From: an uncultured Candidatus Rokubacteria bacterium | Lineage (GTDB): Bacteria > Methylomirabilota > Methylomirabilia > Rokubacteriales > CSP1-6 | Length of the DNA stretch: 64,000 bases | Direction: 5' to 3' | Assembly: GCA_963789955.1 (NCBI GenBank) | Contig: CAWBMV010000030.1 | Span: forward strand, 1-64,000 | Shown here: positions 28,021 to 43,402 of the stretch, piece by piece | Numbering within the stretch: position 1 is the first letter of the stretch | Layout of the letters: every line of letters begins with the position of its first letter | Position numbers and translations under genes: made by a program | The notes under the pieces: generated by a model | Told to the model about the DNA's origin: nothing | Seen by the model: only the letters and a program-made list of their open reading frames with translations | The model's database searches: none

Positions 28021-28818
28021 ATGAAACGTCCAACGAAAGTTCGGATCGACAAGCTGCTCGTCGACAAGGGACTGATCGAGAGCCGGGAGAAGGCCGCCCG
28101 GCAGATCCTCGCCGGCGAGGTGTTCGCGGATGGGCAACTCGTCGAAAAGGCGAGCGACCTGGTCGCCCCGGGGGCCGTGGTCGAGGTGCGGGCGCGGAGC
28201 CCCTTCGTGAGTCGCGGGGGCGAGAAGCTCGTTCATGCGCTGAATCACTTCCAGGTCAAGGTGGCCGGGCGCGTCTGCATGGACGTCGGCGCCTCCACGG
28301 GTGGATTCACGGATTGCCTGCTCCAGAAGGGCGCCACTCGGGTGTACGCCGTCGACGTCGGCACCGGACAGCTCGATCAGCGCCTGCGGAAGGATCAGCG
28401 GGTCGTCGTGATGGAGCACACGAACGCTCGCTCGCTCGACCCGCGGGTGTTCGGTGACCAGCCGACCCTGGCGGTCGTCGACGTGTCCTTCATCTCGCTC
28501 GAGAAGATCCTGCCGGCGACCTTCGGCGTCCTCGCCTCGCGCGGCGAGGTGGTCGCGCTCGTCAAGCCGCAGTTCGAGGTGGGCCGTGAGCACGTCGGCA
28601 AAGGCGGTGTCGTCCGCGAGCCCGCCCACCATCGAGCGGCGGTGCAGCGGCTGGCGCGGTATGCTGTGCTGCGTGGCTGGCACGTCCTGGGCGTCACCGC
28701 GTCTCCGCTGCGAGGCCCGAAAGGCAATCACGAGTTCTTCCTGCACTTCTCGACGCACGGCCGTACCGCCAGCGATCTGGAGTCGATGATCAGCCGGAGC
28801 GTCGAGGCACTTGCGTGA
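28021..28818 (+). CDS. tlyA: TlyA family rRNA methyltransferase
   Basis: S4 domain RIDKLLV, FVSRGGEKL, DVGASTGGFTD, DVSFISL, LVKPQFE. Confidence 0.95.
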   Translation: MKRPTKVRIDKLLVDKGLIESREKAARQILAGEVFADGQLVEKASDLVAPGAVVEVRARSPFVSRGGEKLVHALNHFQVKVAGRVCMDVGASTGGFTDCLLQKGATRVYAVDVGTGQLDQRLRKDQRVVVMEHTNARSLDPRVFGDQPTLAVVDVSFISLEKILPATFGVLASRGEVVALVKPQFEVGREHVGKGGVVREPAHHRAAVQRLARYAVLRGWHVLGVTASPLRGPKGNHEFFLHFSTHGRTASDLESMISRSVEALA

Positions 28819-29669
28819 CCCGGGTCGGCATCGTCGCGAAGCCCGACGCGCCCCGCGCGAAGGGCGTGATCGCGCAATTGCTGTCCTGGCTCTCGGCGCG
28901 GGGGCTCGGGGCGGTCCTCGAGAAAGAAACCGCCGACCTCGCCGCTGACGCTCCCGCGGCGGCGGGCAAAGCCGAGCTGCCGTCGCAGGTAGACCTGCTG
29001 GTCGTCCTCGGCGGCGACGGCACCCTCCTCTCGATGGCCAGAGCGGTCGGCGACCTCGGCGTGCCGCTCCTCGGCGTGAACCTCGGAGGGCTCGGCTTCC
29101 TGACGGCGACGACCCTCGACGAGATGCTCCCCGCGCTCGAGGCGTACCTGGCCGGCCGGATGACCATCGAAGAACGGATGCTCCTGGCGGCTCGGGTCAT
29201 CCGCAACGGCCAGCCGCTCTGCGAGTACGCGGCCCTCAACGACGTCGTCATCACGAAGTCGGCGATGAGCCGCATCATCGATCTCTCGGTCTCTGTCGAC
29301 GGCCGCTACGCGACGGCCTACCGCGCGGACGGTCTGATCATCTCGACGCCGACCGGGTCGACGGCGTACTCGCTTTCCGCGGGCGGGCCGATCCTGTTCC
29401 CGACCATGGATGCCGTGGTCCTGACCCCGATCTGCTCCCACACCCTGACCAACCGCCCGATCGTGCTGCCCGGCGCGGACCGCGTCGAGGTCACCCTGCT
29501 GGCGGACCAAGAGGTGATGGCGACGGTCGACGGACAGGTGGGCGTCGGGCTACGAGAGCGGGATACGGTCGAGGTGAGGAAGGCGGCCTCGCGCATCCGG
29601 CTCGTTCGGTTTCCGCAGAAGGACTTCTTCTCGGTGCTCCGCACGAAACTCAAGTGGGGTGAGCGTTAA
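28815..29669 (+). CDS. nadK: NAD(+) kinase
   Basis: GGDGT, GVNLGGLGFL, LND, TPTGSTAYSLSAGG. Confidence 0.96.
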   Translation: MTRVGIVAKPDAPRAKGVIAQLLSWLSARGLGAVLEKETADLAADAPAAAGKAELPSQVDLLVVLGGDGTLLSMARAVGDLGVPLLGVNLGGLGFLTATTLDEMLPALEAYLAGRMTIEERMLLAARVIRNGQPLCEYAALNDVVITKSAMSRIIDLSVSVDGRYATAYRADGLIISTPTGSTAYSLSAGGPILFPTMDAVVLTPICSHTLTNRPIVLPGADRVEVTLLADQEVMATVDGQVGVGLRERDTVEVRKAASRIRLVRFPQKDFFSVLRTKLKWGER

Positions 29670-29692
29670 CGCCGTATTCGCTCCGATACCGC

Positions 29693-29721
29693 TTGAGGTG
29701 TGCGCCGCGCTGACCTAGCAT
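29693..29721 (+). promoter_or_regulatory. Putative sigma-70 promoter giving a leaderless recN mRNA
   Basis: TTGAGG-N17-TAGCAT, 7 nt before ATG 29729, no SD. Confidence 0.5.
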
Positions 29722-29728
29722 CGGCCAG

Positions 29729-31417
29729 ATGCTCCTCGAGATTCGAGTCCGCAATTTCGCCGTGATCGACGCCGTCACCGTCTCGTTCCAATCCGGGCTC
29801 AACGTGCTGACCGGTGAGACCGGCGCCGGCAAATCGATGCTCCTCGACGCGATCCTCCTGATTCGTGGCGCCCGCGCCCAGACCGATGTCATCCGCACCG
29901 ACACCGAGACCGCGACCGTCGAGGCCCTGTTCGAGGCGGCGCCGCGCGGCGCAGCGGCGGCGGTGCTCGAGGAAGCGGGGCTCGGCCTCGATCAGGGACA
30001 GGTGGTGGTGCGCCGCGAGCTCACTCGCTCGGGCCGCCACCGCGCCTTCGTCAACGACTCGCCGGTGACCGTCGGGTTGCTCGAGCGCCTGGGCGACCAT
30101 CTGGTCGAGATCCACGGGCAGCACGAGCACCAGCGCCTGCTGGAGCCGGCGCGCCAGCTCGATCTCCTCGATCGCTTCGCGGATGCCGAGGAGCTCGGCG
30201 ATCGGGTGGGCGAGCTGTTCGCGAAGCACCGCGCGGCCGGGACCGAGCTCGAGCGCGCCCGGGCGGCCGAGCGAGATCGCGCCCAGCGCGAGGACCTGCT
30301 GCGGCTACAAGTCTCGGAGCTCGACGCCGCGCGGCTGCGAGTCGGCGAAGAAGAAGAGCTGCGCGTGGAGCGCCGCCGGCTCCAGCACGCCGAGCGGCTG
30401 TCGGCCGGGCTCGCCGAGGCGGCGTCACTCCTCAACGACGACGACGGCTCGGCGATGAGCCGGCTCCATCGCACCGCGCGGCTGCTGCGCGATCTCGCGC
30501 GGCTCGATCCCGCGTTCGGCGCGCCGGCGGATTCGGTCGACGGCGCCGGCGCGCTGGTCGAGGACGCGCTCGCGTCGGTCCGCGCGCTGCGGGAGAGCAT
30601 CGCGATGACGCCGGGGCGGCTCGAAGCGCTCGATGAGCGTCTCGACGCGCTCACGCGCCTCAAACGGAAGTACGGCGACACGGAGTCGGCGATGCTCGCG
30701 TTCCGCGAGGCGGCGGCGGGCGAGCTCGAGCGTCTGGGCCGCCACGAGGCGATCCTGGCCGAGCAGGAGCGCATGCTCGCCGAGCTCGAGGCGGAGCTCT
30801 CGGGCGCCGCGCACGAGCTCTCGAAGCGCCGCCACGAGGCTGCCGAGCGCTTTGCCGGGGAGGCGGCACGCGAGCTCCGGCAGCTCGGGATGGAGCGCGC
30901 CCGCTTCGAGATCGCCGTCACGCGCGCGCCGTTCGCGGAGATCGGCGCGCGCGGGCTCGACCGGGTCGAGTTTCGTCTGTCGACGAACCCGGGCGAGGAC
31001 GTGCGGCCGCTCGCGCGAATCGCCTCGGGCGGCGAGCTCTCGCGCACGATGCTCGCGCTGAAGGCCATCCTGGCGCGCGCCGACCGAGTGCCCACCATGA
31101 TCTTCGACGAGGTCGACTCGGGGATCGGCGGACGGGTGGCGGCCGTCGTCGCGCAGAAGCTGGCCGCCGCCGCGGAGGGGCGCCAGGTGCTCTGCGTCAC
31201 TCATCTCGCGCCGATCGCGGCCCGCGCCGCCCACCACGTGCGGGTCGCCAAGAGCGTGCGCGGCGGTCGGACCCGTGTCAGCGCCGAGATCGTGACCGGC
31301 GAGGCGCGCGTGGAAGAGATCGCCCGCATGGTGGCGGGCGATCGGGTCACCGAGACCGCGCGGGGCCACGCTCGCGAGCTTCTGGGTCGGCCGGCCTCGC
31401 GAAAGCGCCCTGTATAA
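29729..31417 (+). CDS. recN: DNA repair protein RecN
   Basis: GETGAGKS Walker [16 protein letters not shown] signature, [15 protein letters not shown]. Confidence 0.96.
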   Translation: MLLEIRVRNFAVIDAVTVSFQSGLNVLTGETGAGKSMLLDAILLIRGARAQTDVIRTDTETATVEALFEAAPRGAAAAVLEEAGLGLDQGQVVVRRELTRSGRHRAFVNDSPVTVGLLERLGDHLVEIHGQHEHQRLLEPARQLDLLDRFADAEELGDRVGELFAKHRAAGTELERARAAERDRAQREDLLRLQVSELDAARLRVGEEEELRVERRRLQHAERLSAGLAEAASLLNDDDGSAMSRLHRTARLLRDLARLDPAFGAPADSVDGAGALVEDALASVRALRESIAMTPGRLEALDERLDALTRLKRKYGDTESAMLAFREAAAGELERLGRHEAILAEQERMLAELEAELSGAAHELSKRRHEAAERFAGEAARELRQLGMERARFEIAVTRAPFAEIGARGLDRVEFRLSTNPGEDVRPLARIASGGELSRTMLALKAILARADRVPTMIFDEVDSGIGGRVAAVVAQKLAAAAEGRQVLCVTHLAPIAARAAHHVRVAKSVRGGRTRVSAEIVTGEARVEEIARMVAGDRVTETARGHARELLGRPASRKRPV

Positions 31418-31427
31418 TGAGCACGAC

Positions 31428-34215
<2,788 letters not shown>

Positions 34216-34239
34216 AGAGGCGATATCTAGGGTTCTGAG

Positions 34240-34274
34240 GCGCCAGTACCCCCACGGCTGGTGCTTTTTTCTTT
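34240..34274 (+). terminator. Possible rho-independent terminator after secA
   Basis: GCGCCAG...CTGGTGC stem followed by TTTTTTCTTT. Confidence 0.5.
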
Positions 34275-34307
34275 GGTTGTATTGGGTTCCCCGTGCTAGA
34301 AAACCTC

Positions 34308-37300
34308 ATGCGCCTCGAATCCGTCTCGCTGCACGGCTTCAAGTCCTTCGCGGAAAAGTCCGTTCTCAAGGTCACGCCGGGCATCACCGCGATCGTCGGG
34401 CCGAACGGCTGCGGCAAGAGCAACATCTCGGAGTCGGTTCGCTGGGCACTCGGCGAGCAGAGCGCGAAGTCGCTCCGCGGCCAGCGCATGGAAGATCTGA
34501 TCTTCCACGGCTCGGCGTCGCGCAAGCCGGTCGGCTTTGCCGAAGTCGAGCTGACCTTCAGCAACGACGGCGTCGCTCTCCGTGCCGTGGACCGAGGTGG
34601 CGGTCAGCCGCCGCCTCTATCGCACGGGTGAGAGCGAGTACCTCCTCAACAAGAACCCGTCGCGCCTGCGCGACATTCTCGATCTCTTCGCCGGCACGGG
34701 CGCCAACCCACGCGCCTACTCGGTGATGGACCAGGACAAGCTCAACCACGTCCTGACCGCGAAGCCGCACGAGCGCCGGGTGTTCGTCGAAGAAGCCGCC
34801 GGCATCGCGCGCTACAAGCAGCAGCGCAACGAGACCGAGGGCAAGCTCGACGCCACCCGCCAGAATCTCGTACGCGTGCGCGACGTCATGGACGAGGTGC
34901 GCCGCCAGCTGAACTCGCTCGAGCGACAGGCGAAGAAGGCGCAGCAGTACAAGACGCTACAAAGCGAGAAGCGCGACCTCGGGCTGGCGCTCGTCGCCGC
35001 CGACTTCGCCGGCCTCAGCGGCGAGGGCGAGCATCTGGCCGGTGAGCTCGTGCGGCTCCGCGACGGCGAAGAGGCCCTGCGCACGCGCCTGGCGACCCTG
35101 GCGGCCCGCGAGGCCCAGGCGCGCGAATCGCTCCAGGTGAGCGAGCACCGTCTCTCGGATCTCCGCCAGGCCGTCTCGAAGGTGCAGGGCGAGCTCGAGC
35201 GGCTGCTCGAGCGTCGCGAGCAGATGGGCGTGCAGATCCGCGAGCTCGGCGAGGAGAGCCTGCGCCTCGACGAGGAGGTGCGGACCACCACCGAGCGCCA
35301 GGCCTCCATCGTCGGCGAGCGGGAAAGTGTGCGCGTGGCGCTGCGAGACACCGAGCAGGTCGCCGCCGAACGCTCGCGCGCCGCGACGGAATTCGAGGCC
35401 GCCCTCGAGCGTCATCGCGCCGCGCTCGCCCTGGAGCGCGACCACGCGGAGGCGCTGCGCCTCGAGCAGGCGCGGCTGGCCGCGGAGCGCGTCGATCTGA
35501 TGCGCAGCGCCGGCGAGCTTCGCGAGCGCGAGCTCCAGCTCGGGCGCCGCGCCGAGCGTCTCGCCGCCGAGCTCGCCCAGGCGCACGCGGAGGCGGAGCG
35601 CCTCGCGGGAGAGCGCGGGACCCTGGCGGCCGCGCGCGATCGGGCGGCCGCCGAGCTCGTCTCGCTCGAGGAGCAGCGCCAGCGGCTCGAGACGCAAGAG
35701 GCCGCCGCCGAGCGGCGGTTGACCGAAGCCGAGGCGCATCTGGCCGACGCGCGCGTCGAGCTCGCGGCGCGGCGCTCGAGCTTCGAGGCGCTCTCCGAGC
35801 TCGAGCGCGCCCGCGAAGGCTACGGCGCCGGAGTGCGCGCGGTCTTCGCCGACGGGCGCCGCGATCAGCTGCACGGGATCGTCGGCACCGTCGCCGATCT
35901 CCTCGAAGTCCCGACCGGGATGGAGCGCGCCATCGAGGCCGTGCTGGGCGAGCGCCTGCAGTGGGTGGTCGTCGAGCGGTTCGAGCATGCGCGCGCGGCC
36001 GTGACCTATCTGCACGACCACGCCCTCGGCGCGGCGACGTTCCTGCCGCTCGAGCATCTGCCGGCGCCGTCGGATCCGGGACCGGCGGATAACGGGGTGC
36101 GCTGGGTCGCCCGTCACGTCAGCGCGACGGCCGCGAGCCTCGTCCACCACCTCCTCGGCCAGGTCGCGGTCGTCGAGCATCTGGACGAGGCGGAGCGGCT
36201 CTGGCGCCGTAACGGTGTGGTCGCGACCTACGTCACGCCGGGCGGGGAAGTCCTCGGCCCGACCGGCCGCCTCCACGGCGGCGGTGACCAGGCCGACGAG
36301 CGAGACGCAGCACTCGCTCCTGGCCCGCAAGCGGCAGCTCCGTGAGCTCGAGTCGGAGGTGCAGCGGCTCGCGGCGGTTGTCGAGACAGGGCAGGCCGAG
36401 ATCACGACGCTCGGAGCCGAGTTCGCGACCCTCAAGGAGCAGATCGGAGAGCTCGCGCGCGCGGTGCAGGTGCGCCTGGCCGAGCGCCTGTCGGGCGAGA
36501 AGGACGTCGAGCGGGCCGGCCAGGAGCACGCCCGGGTGCAGCGGCACGTCGAAACGGTCGAGGCGGAATCGCGCCAGGTCGCCCGCGAGGCCGAGGAGAC
36601 CAGCACGACCCTGGCGCGGCTCGAGCCAGCGCATCGCGGTCGCGCGCGACGCCGAAGGCGCGCTCGAGGCGGCGGCCGATCGCGTCCGGGACGCGATCGA
36701 AAGCGCCCAAACCGACGAGACCGCGCTCGGGGCCGAGCTGACGGCGTGCCGGGTCGATCTCGCCTCGGTGACCGAGCGGGTCGAGGCCCTCGGCCGCGAG
36801 CTCTCACGCGTCGACGAGATCGAGCGCGATCTGACCGACCGGCTGGCTCAGGCGGAGCAGCGCCAGGCCCAGCTCGTCGAGCGGCGCGTGTGGCTCGCCG
36901 AGGAGCGCGAGCGGACGGACGTCGCGGCGCGTGAGGTCGCGGTGGAGCGCGATCGCAGCGACGCCGAAACGCGCGTGGTGGCGGAGCACCACGAGGGGCT
37001 CGCCTCCGAGGTGCGCGCGCGTCGAGCACGAGTCGCGCGGCGCCGAGAGCGAGCTCGGGCGGCTGGTCGCCTCAGCGCACGAGATCGACATTCGCGCGAC
37101 CGAGTGCCGCGTGCGGCGCGAGGAGCTCGGGCAGGAAGCGTGGCGCGTCTACGGCGTCGACGCGCAGACCCTGCTCGCCCATCACGATCCCGAGCGCGAG
37201 CTCGCGACCGTGCGCGAGCGGGTGGCGGAGCTCGAGGAGCGCCTCGCGGCGATCGGGCCCGTGAACCTGGTCGCCGACGACGAGTACCGCGAGCTCGACG

Positions 37301-37861
37301 AGCGCCTGACCTTCCTGAGAACTCAGCACGACGACCTCACCGCGTCGATCAAGGATCTGGAGAAGGCGCTGCGCGGGATGACCCGCACGGCGCAGGAGCG
37401 CTTCGTCCAGGCGTTCGAGGAGATCAACGGTCACTTCAAGAAGCTGTTCGAGCGTCTCTTCGAGGGCGGCCGCGCCGAGCTCCGGCTGGTGGAAGCCGAG
37501 GAGGGCGGCGACCCGCTCGACACGGGGGTCGAGCTCATGGCCCAGCCGCGCGGCAAGCGGCTCCAGGCTGTCACGCTCCTGTCGGGCGGGGAGCGGGCGC
37601 TCACCGGGCTGGCACTGCTCTTCGCGATCTTCTACTTCCGGCCGAGCCCGTTCTGCGTTCTCGACGAGGTCGACGCGCCCGCTCGACGACGCGAACATCC
37701 ACCGTTTTCTCCGTGTTCTCAGGGAATTGACCGGCCAGACCCAATTCCTCGTCATCACTCACAACCGCAAGACCATGGAAGCGGCTGACGTCCTCTACGG
37801 CGTCACCATGGAGGAGCCGGGTCTCTCGACCCTGGTCTCGGTCAACCTGAACGCGCAGTAA
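34308..37861 (+). CDS. smc: Chromosome segregation protein SMC (about five apparent indels)
   Basis: [15 protein letters not shown], coiled coils, hinge [32 protein letters not shown] spread across frames. Confidence 0.93.
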
Positions 37862-37901
37862 CAGGGTGAAGAAGCTGGCGGGATACGCTACGCTCGAAGC
37901 T

Positions 37902-38958
37902 ATGTCGAGCGTCGGCGCGTACCTGCGAGGGCTACGCGAGCAGCAAGGGCTATCGGTCGACGAGCTCTCGCGCGCAACCCGCGTGCTCCATCACTATCTA
38001 GAAGCCCTCGAGTCGGACAACATGGCCTCGCTGCCGGCGCCCGTCTTCACCAAGGGTTTCATCCGTGCGTATTGCCAGGCCATCGGCGCCGACCCCGAAG
38101 AGGCGCTCAAGCTCTACGATCGCAGCGCCGGTCGTCTCCCCGAGAGGCCCAAGGTTCCGATCGTCGCGGCCCCCGTCATCGTCGCGACACCGGATCCTGA
38201 CGACTACCCGCCGCTCGTCACTCAGGCCGTCGCCGCCCCCCAGAGCGAGCCCCGCGAGACTCGCTCACGTGGCACTCTGCTCGTGAGCTTCATCCTGGTC
38301 GTGGTGCTCGGCGCCGCGTTCTTCGCGGTCACCATGACGCTTCAATCGAGCCGGGACGGGGACGGCGGGCCGAGCCAGCGTGCCGCCCTTCCGGAGCCTC
38401 CACCGGCGGCCGAAGTCCCGGCCGCCTCGCCCGTCTCGGCGTCGGTTCCCGTCGAGAGTCCGGCGACTGCGCCGGCCGCAGCCCCGCCGCCGGTCGTCAG
38501 CCCCGCCGCCCCCGACGGCTCCACCCGCGAAACCGCCGGCAGCGCCGAGTGTCGCGACGAGCCTTCCGGCGCCGAGCACCCCGCCGGCGTCGAGCGTCCC
38601 GGCAGCCCCGGTAACGCCGCCAATGCCCGCGGCGGCGGGCGTTCCCGCAACGCTCCCGGCCGCCTCGCCCGCTCCCGCCGCGGTCAATCAGCCGGCTCGC
38701 GCCGCCGCGGCGCCGTACCGGCTCATCGCGCGAACGACCGAGACCACCTGGATGCGCGTGCGGACCGAGGACGGGCGAACGAGCGAAGAGACGATTCCGG
38801 CCAACGAGATCCGCGAATGGATCTCGAATGGCCCCTTCATCATCACGATCGGGAATGCCGGCGGCGTGAGCCTCGAGCTCAACGGCCGCGCGATCCCTCG
38901 GCTCGGCGCCAGCGGCTCAGTCATCACTCGATTGGTCCTGCCCTCGGACAACCAGTGA
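37902..38958 (+). CDS. rodZ: RodZ-like HTH-TM-DUF4115 cytoskeleton protein (apparent frameshift in the Pro-rich linker)
   Basis: VGAYLRGLRE..YLEALE..FTKGFIRAY HTH; TM; C-terminal TWMRV..IGNAGGVSLELNG. Confidence 0.85.
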
Positions 38959-39888
38959 AGTTTCTCTCGGCTCTGAGTGAGCGGCTCCGCGACGGGCTCC
39001 GCCGGTCGCAGGAGTATCTCGCCGGGAGTCTCGGCACCGTTCTGGACACCGACCGGCCCGTCGACGACGCGCTGCTTCGAGGAGCTCGAGGAGCTGTTGA
39101 TCGCGGCCGACCTTGGAGCGTCGCTCGCCGCTGACTTCGTCAATCGCGCGCGTGAGGAAGTCATGTTCGGGACGGTGACCCGCGCGAGCCAGCTCCGGCC
39201 GCTCTTCCGGCGCTTCCTCCTCGACACCCTGGCGCCGGTCACGCAGCCGCTCAACCTCGACCACCGTCCGGCGGTCGTCCTGCTGCTCGGTGTCAACGGC
39301 TCGGGCAAGACGACGACGTGCGGCCAAGCTCGCCGCCTCGCTCAAGGGATCCGGCAAGCGCGTGATCCTGGCCGCGGCCGACACGTTCCGCGCGGCGGCG
39401 ATCGAGCAGCTCGAGCGCTGGGGCGAGCGCGTTCGGCGTCGAGGTCATCCGGCAGGCCGCGGGCTCCGATCCCGCCGCGGTCGTGTTCGATGCGGTCAAG
39501 GCCGCCACGGCCCGCGATCTCGACGTCCTGATCGTCGACACGGCGGGCCGGCTGCACACCAAGACGAACCTGATGGACGAGCTGGCGAAGCTTCGTCGCG
39601 TGATCGAGCGCCAGCTCCCCGGCGCGCCTCACGAGACGCTGATGGTGCTCGACGCGCCGACGGGCCAGAACGGCTTCGCCCAGGCCCGGATGTTCCACGA
39701 GGCGATCGGCCTCACCGGCGTCTGCCTGACCAAGCTCGACGGCACCGCGAAGGGCGGGATCGTGGTGCGCATCGTCCGCGAGCTCGAAGCGTGCCCGTGA
39801 AGCTCATCGGCGTGGGCGAGAAGCTCGAGGACCTGCAGCCGTTCGACGCGCAGCGCATTCGTCGACGCGCTCGTGCCCCGAGGCATGA
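38955..39888 (+). CDS. ftsY: Signal recognition particle receptor FtsY (multiple apparent indels)
   Basis: [45 protein letters not shown] across frames. Confidence 0.9.
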
Positions 39889-41027
39889 AAGAGGGCGAGA
39901 CAGCGACGAGCGCTTCATGCGGCGCGCGCTCGAGCTGGCCGAGCGCGGCCGCGGGCTGACCTCGCCGAATCCGCATGGTCGGCGCGGTGGTCGTCACGCG
40001 ACGGCGACGATCGTCGGCGAGGGATTCCACGCGCGCGCCGGCGGGCCCCACGCCGAGATCGAGGCCCTCGGCGCAGCCGGCGACCAGCGCGCGCGGCGCC
40101 ACGCTCTACGTGACGCTCGAGCCGTGCGTCGCATCACGGACGCACACCGCCGTGCGCGCCCCGCGGTCGGTCAGCGCCGGGTGTCGCCGCGTCGTCGCAT
40201 CGCGTCGGCGATCCCAATCCGCGCGTCGCGGGCCGCGGCTTCGCCGAGCTGCGCGCCGCGGGCGTCGAGGTCGTCGGTCGGAGCCGGCTGCCGCGGAGGC
40301 CGAGCGCCAGAATCGGGCGTTCCTCACCGCGATGCGCGAGCGGACGGCCGCACGTCACGCTCAAGGCGGCGATGACCCTCGACGGCAAGATCGCCGACCT
40401 GCCACGGCGCCTCCCAGTGGATCACCGGGGACGCCGCTCGCCGGCGAGCGCATCGTCTGCGCAGCGAAGTCGGACGCGATCGTCGTCGGCGTCGGGACGG
40501 TGCTGCGCGACGATCCGGCGCTGACCGTGCGGCTCGAGCAGCCCTGGCCGCGCGAGCCCCTGACGGGTCGTGCTCGACACCGCGGCCCGGACTCCCGCCG
40601 GCGCGCGCGCTCATTCGCGCCGGCCGAGCCCGGCCACGCCGTGATCACGGTCGGCGACGACGCCCCGCGCGGGCGCGTCCGCGACCTGGCGGCGTCGGGC
40701 GCCACGGTCGTGTCGTGTCGGCACGCGAGACGGGCGCGTCGATCTGGGCGCGCTCCTCGCCGAGCTGCTCGCTGCGCGAGGTGCGCGCGGTGCTCGTCGA
40801 GGGCGGCGGCGAGGTCCACGGCGCCTTCCTCGACGCCGGCCTGGTCGATCGCGTGGCGGTGTTCGTGGCTCCGCTGCTGCTCGGCGGGCGCGGCGCGACG
40901 CCGGCGGTGGCCGGGGAGGGGCGCGAGCTCAAGAGCGCCGTGCGCCTGGCGCGGTTTCACGGTCACGCCCTGTCGGCGACGATCTGCTCGTCGAGGCCGA
41001 CGTGGTCCGCGGGCCCGGAGCGGCTGA
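39885..41027 (+). CDS. ribD: Riboflavin biosynthesis deaminase/reductase RibD (many apparent indels)
   Basis: [61 protein letters not shown] fragments. Confidence 0.85.
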
Positions 41028-41640
41028 TGTTCACGGGGATCGTCGAGGAGGTCGGCACGGTCCGCGCGCGTCGAGCGGCACGGGCGACGTCGCGCGCCTC
41101 GAGATCGAGCGCCGCGCGTGACCCTCGACGGGAGTCGAGCTCGGCGCCAGCGTCGCGGTGAACGGCGTCTGCCTCACGGTGGTCGAGCGGCGCCCCTCGA
41201 CGGGTTCGCCTTCGAGATCGGTCCGGAGACGCTCGCCGCACGGCGCTCGGGCACGTGGCTCCGCGGGCGACCGCGTCAACCTCGAGCGTCCGCTGCGGTT
41301 CGGCGGCGCCCTCGGCGGTCATCTGGTCCTCGGCCACGTCGACGGCGTGGGCACCGTGGACGCGCGTAACCCGTGTAGAATCGACGGCGCGGGTGCGGGT
41401 CACGCTGCCGAGCCGCGACCTCGAGCCGCTCCTGATACCCCAGGGGTCGGTCGCCGTGGACGGCGTCAGCCTGACGGTGGCGGCGCTGGGTGATCGGAGC
41501 TTCGAGGTCATGCTGATCCCGCACACGCTGGCGGTGACGACGCTTGGACGGCTGCAGGCCGGGTCAGGCGGTGAACATCGAGGCGGACGTGATCGGCAAG
41601 TATCTGCGTGCGCGCGCTGGCACTCAGGGGGACGACATGA
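41027..41640 (+). CDS. ribE: Riboflavin synthase (many apparent indels)
   Basis: [59 protein letters not shown]. Confidence 0.88.
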
Positions 41641-42851
41641 CCGGGTTCTCGACCATCGAGGAGGGCATCGAGGAGATCCGCCAGGGGCGGATGCTCGCTC
41701 GTCGTGGACGACGAGGACCGCGAGAACGAAGGCGACCTCGTGATGGCGGCGGATCGCGGCGACGCCGGAGGCCGTGAACTTCATGGCCAAGTACGGCCGC
41801 GGCCTGATCTGCGTGCCGATGCTCGGCGAGCGCCTCGACGAGCTCAAGATCTCGATGATGGTGTCCGACAACACCGCGCCCATGGGCACCGCGTTCACGG
41901 TCACCGTCGACGCCCGCCGGGGCGTCACCACCGGCACGTCCGCCTACGATCGCGCGGTCACGATCCGCACGCTCGTCGATCCGCTCATGCGCGCCCGACG
42001 ACCTGACGCGCCCGGGCCACATCTTCCCGCTTCGGGCCATGGCGGGCGGCGTCCTGCGACGGGCCGGCCACACCGAGGCCGCGGTCGATCTGGCTCGCCT
42101 GGCCGGCTGCTATCCCGCGGGTGTCATCTGCGAAGTCCTCGACGAGGACGGCGGCATGGCGCGCGTGCCGCAGCTGACCGCGCTCGCGACCTCGCACGGC
42201 CTCAAGATGATCACGATCACGGACCTCATCGAGTACCGGATTCACAAGGAGAAGCTGGTGCGCCGCATCGCGACGACCAAGCTGCCGACGGACTTCGGCG
42301 AGTTCACCGCGGTCGCCTACGACACCACGGTCGACAGCCGCGTGCCGTTGGCCCTCGTGATGGGCTCGGTGTCCGGCGACTCGCCCGTGCTGGTCCGGGT
42401 GCACTCCGAGTGCCTGACGGGTGACGTCTTCCACTCGCGTCGCTGCGATTGCGGGCTCCAGCTCGACAAGGCCCTGCAGCGGATCCAGGCCGAGGGGCGC
42501 GGCGTCTTCGTGTACATGCGGCAAGAGGGGCGGGGGATCGGGCTCCTCAACAAGATGCGCGCCTACGAGCTCCAGGACCAGGGGAAGGACACGGTCGAGG
42601 CCAACATCGCGCTGGGGTTCCACGCCGACCTGCGCGACTACGGCATCGGCGCGCAGATCCTCGTGGATCTCGGGGTCAAGAACTTGAAGCTCCTCACCAA
42701 CAACCCGAAGAAGATCGTCGGCCTCGAGGGGTACGGGCTGCACATCTCCGAGCGCGTCCCGATCGAGATTCCGGCGACCGAGACGAACCGGAAGTACCTC
42801 AGCACGAAGCGCGACAAGCTCGGGCACCTCCTGTCGTCCCTGCCGGACTGA
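41637..42851 (+). CDS. ribBA: Bifunctional DHBP synthase / GTP cyclohydrolase II (apparent indels in the 5' part)
   Basis: [45 protein letters not shown]. Confidence 0.93.
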
Positions 42852-42852
42852 T

Positions 42853-43383
42853 ATGGCCGGTCGAGCCCCGAAGTTTCGCCGCGCCGCCGGGAGCGCGGGC
42901 GCGTTCAGGTTCGCGATCGTCGCCGCCCGCTTCAACGAGCGCATCACGCAGCGGCTCGTCGCCGGCGCGCTGCAAGCTCTGCGGGCCGCGCGGCTGGGGC
43001 CCGACGCGATCGAAGTCCACTGGGTCCCGGGATCCTTCGAGCTGCCTCAGGCCGCGAACCACCTCGCGACGACCGGGCGCTATTCAGGGATCGTGTGCGT
43101 CGGCGTCGTCATCCGCGGGCAAACGCCGCACTTCGAGCACGTCGCGCGCGAGGCCGCGGCCGGCATCCGGCACGTCGCGCTCACGACGGGCGTGCCCACG
43201 ACGTTCGGCGTCATCACCTCGCTGACCGAGGAGCAGGCGTGGGCGCGCGCGGGCGGGGACGTGGGGAACCGCGGCGAAGAGGCCGCCGAGGCGGCACTGC
43301 AGATGGCCGAGTGGCTTCGCCAGCTCGGCGATCATCGCGCGGGGCGGAATCCCGCGCGCCCAGGACATGTCCGACGCCGATAA
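42853..43383 (+). CDS. ribH: 6,7-dimethyl-8-ribityllumazine synthase
   Basis: ARFNERIT, VPGSFELP, GVVIRGQTPHF, FGVIT. Confidence 0.94.
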   Translation: MAGRAPKFRRAAGSAGAFRFAIVAARFNERITQRLVAGALQALRAARLGPDAIEVHWVPGSFELPQAANHLATTGRYSGIVCVGVVIRGQTPHFEHVAREAAAGIRHVALTTGVPTTFGVITSLTEEQAWARAGGDVGNRGEEAAEAALQMAEWLRQLGDHRAGRNPARPGHVRRR

Positions 43384-43402
43384 GCCGACGAGTCGGCGCG
43401 CC

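Noticed and set aside
34218..34236. NrdR-box-like sequence (CCCTAGATATCG on the minus strand) upstream of smc
   Set aside because: Single imperfect copy; cannot be supported without a PWM scan.
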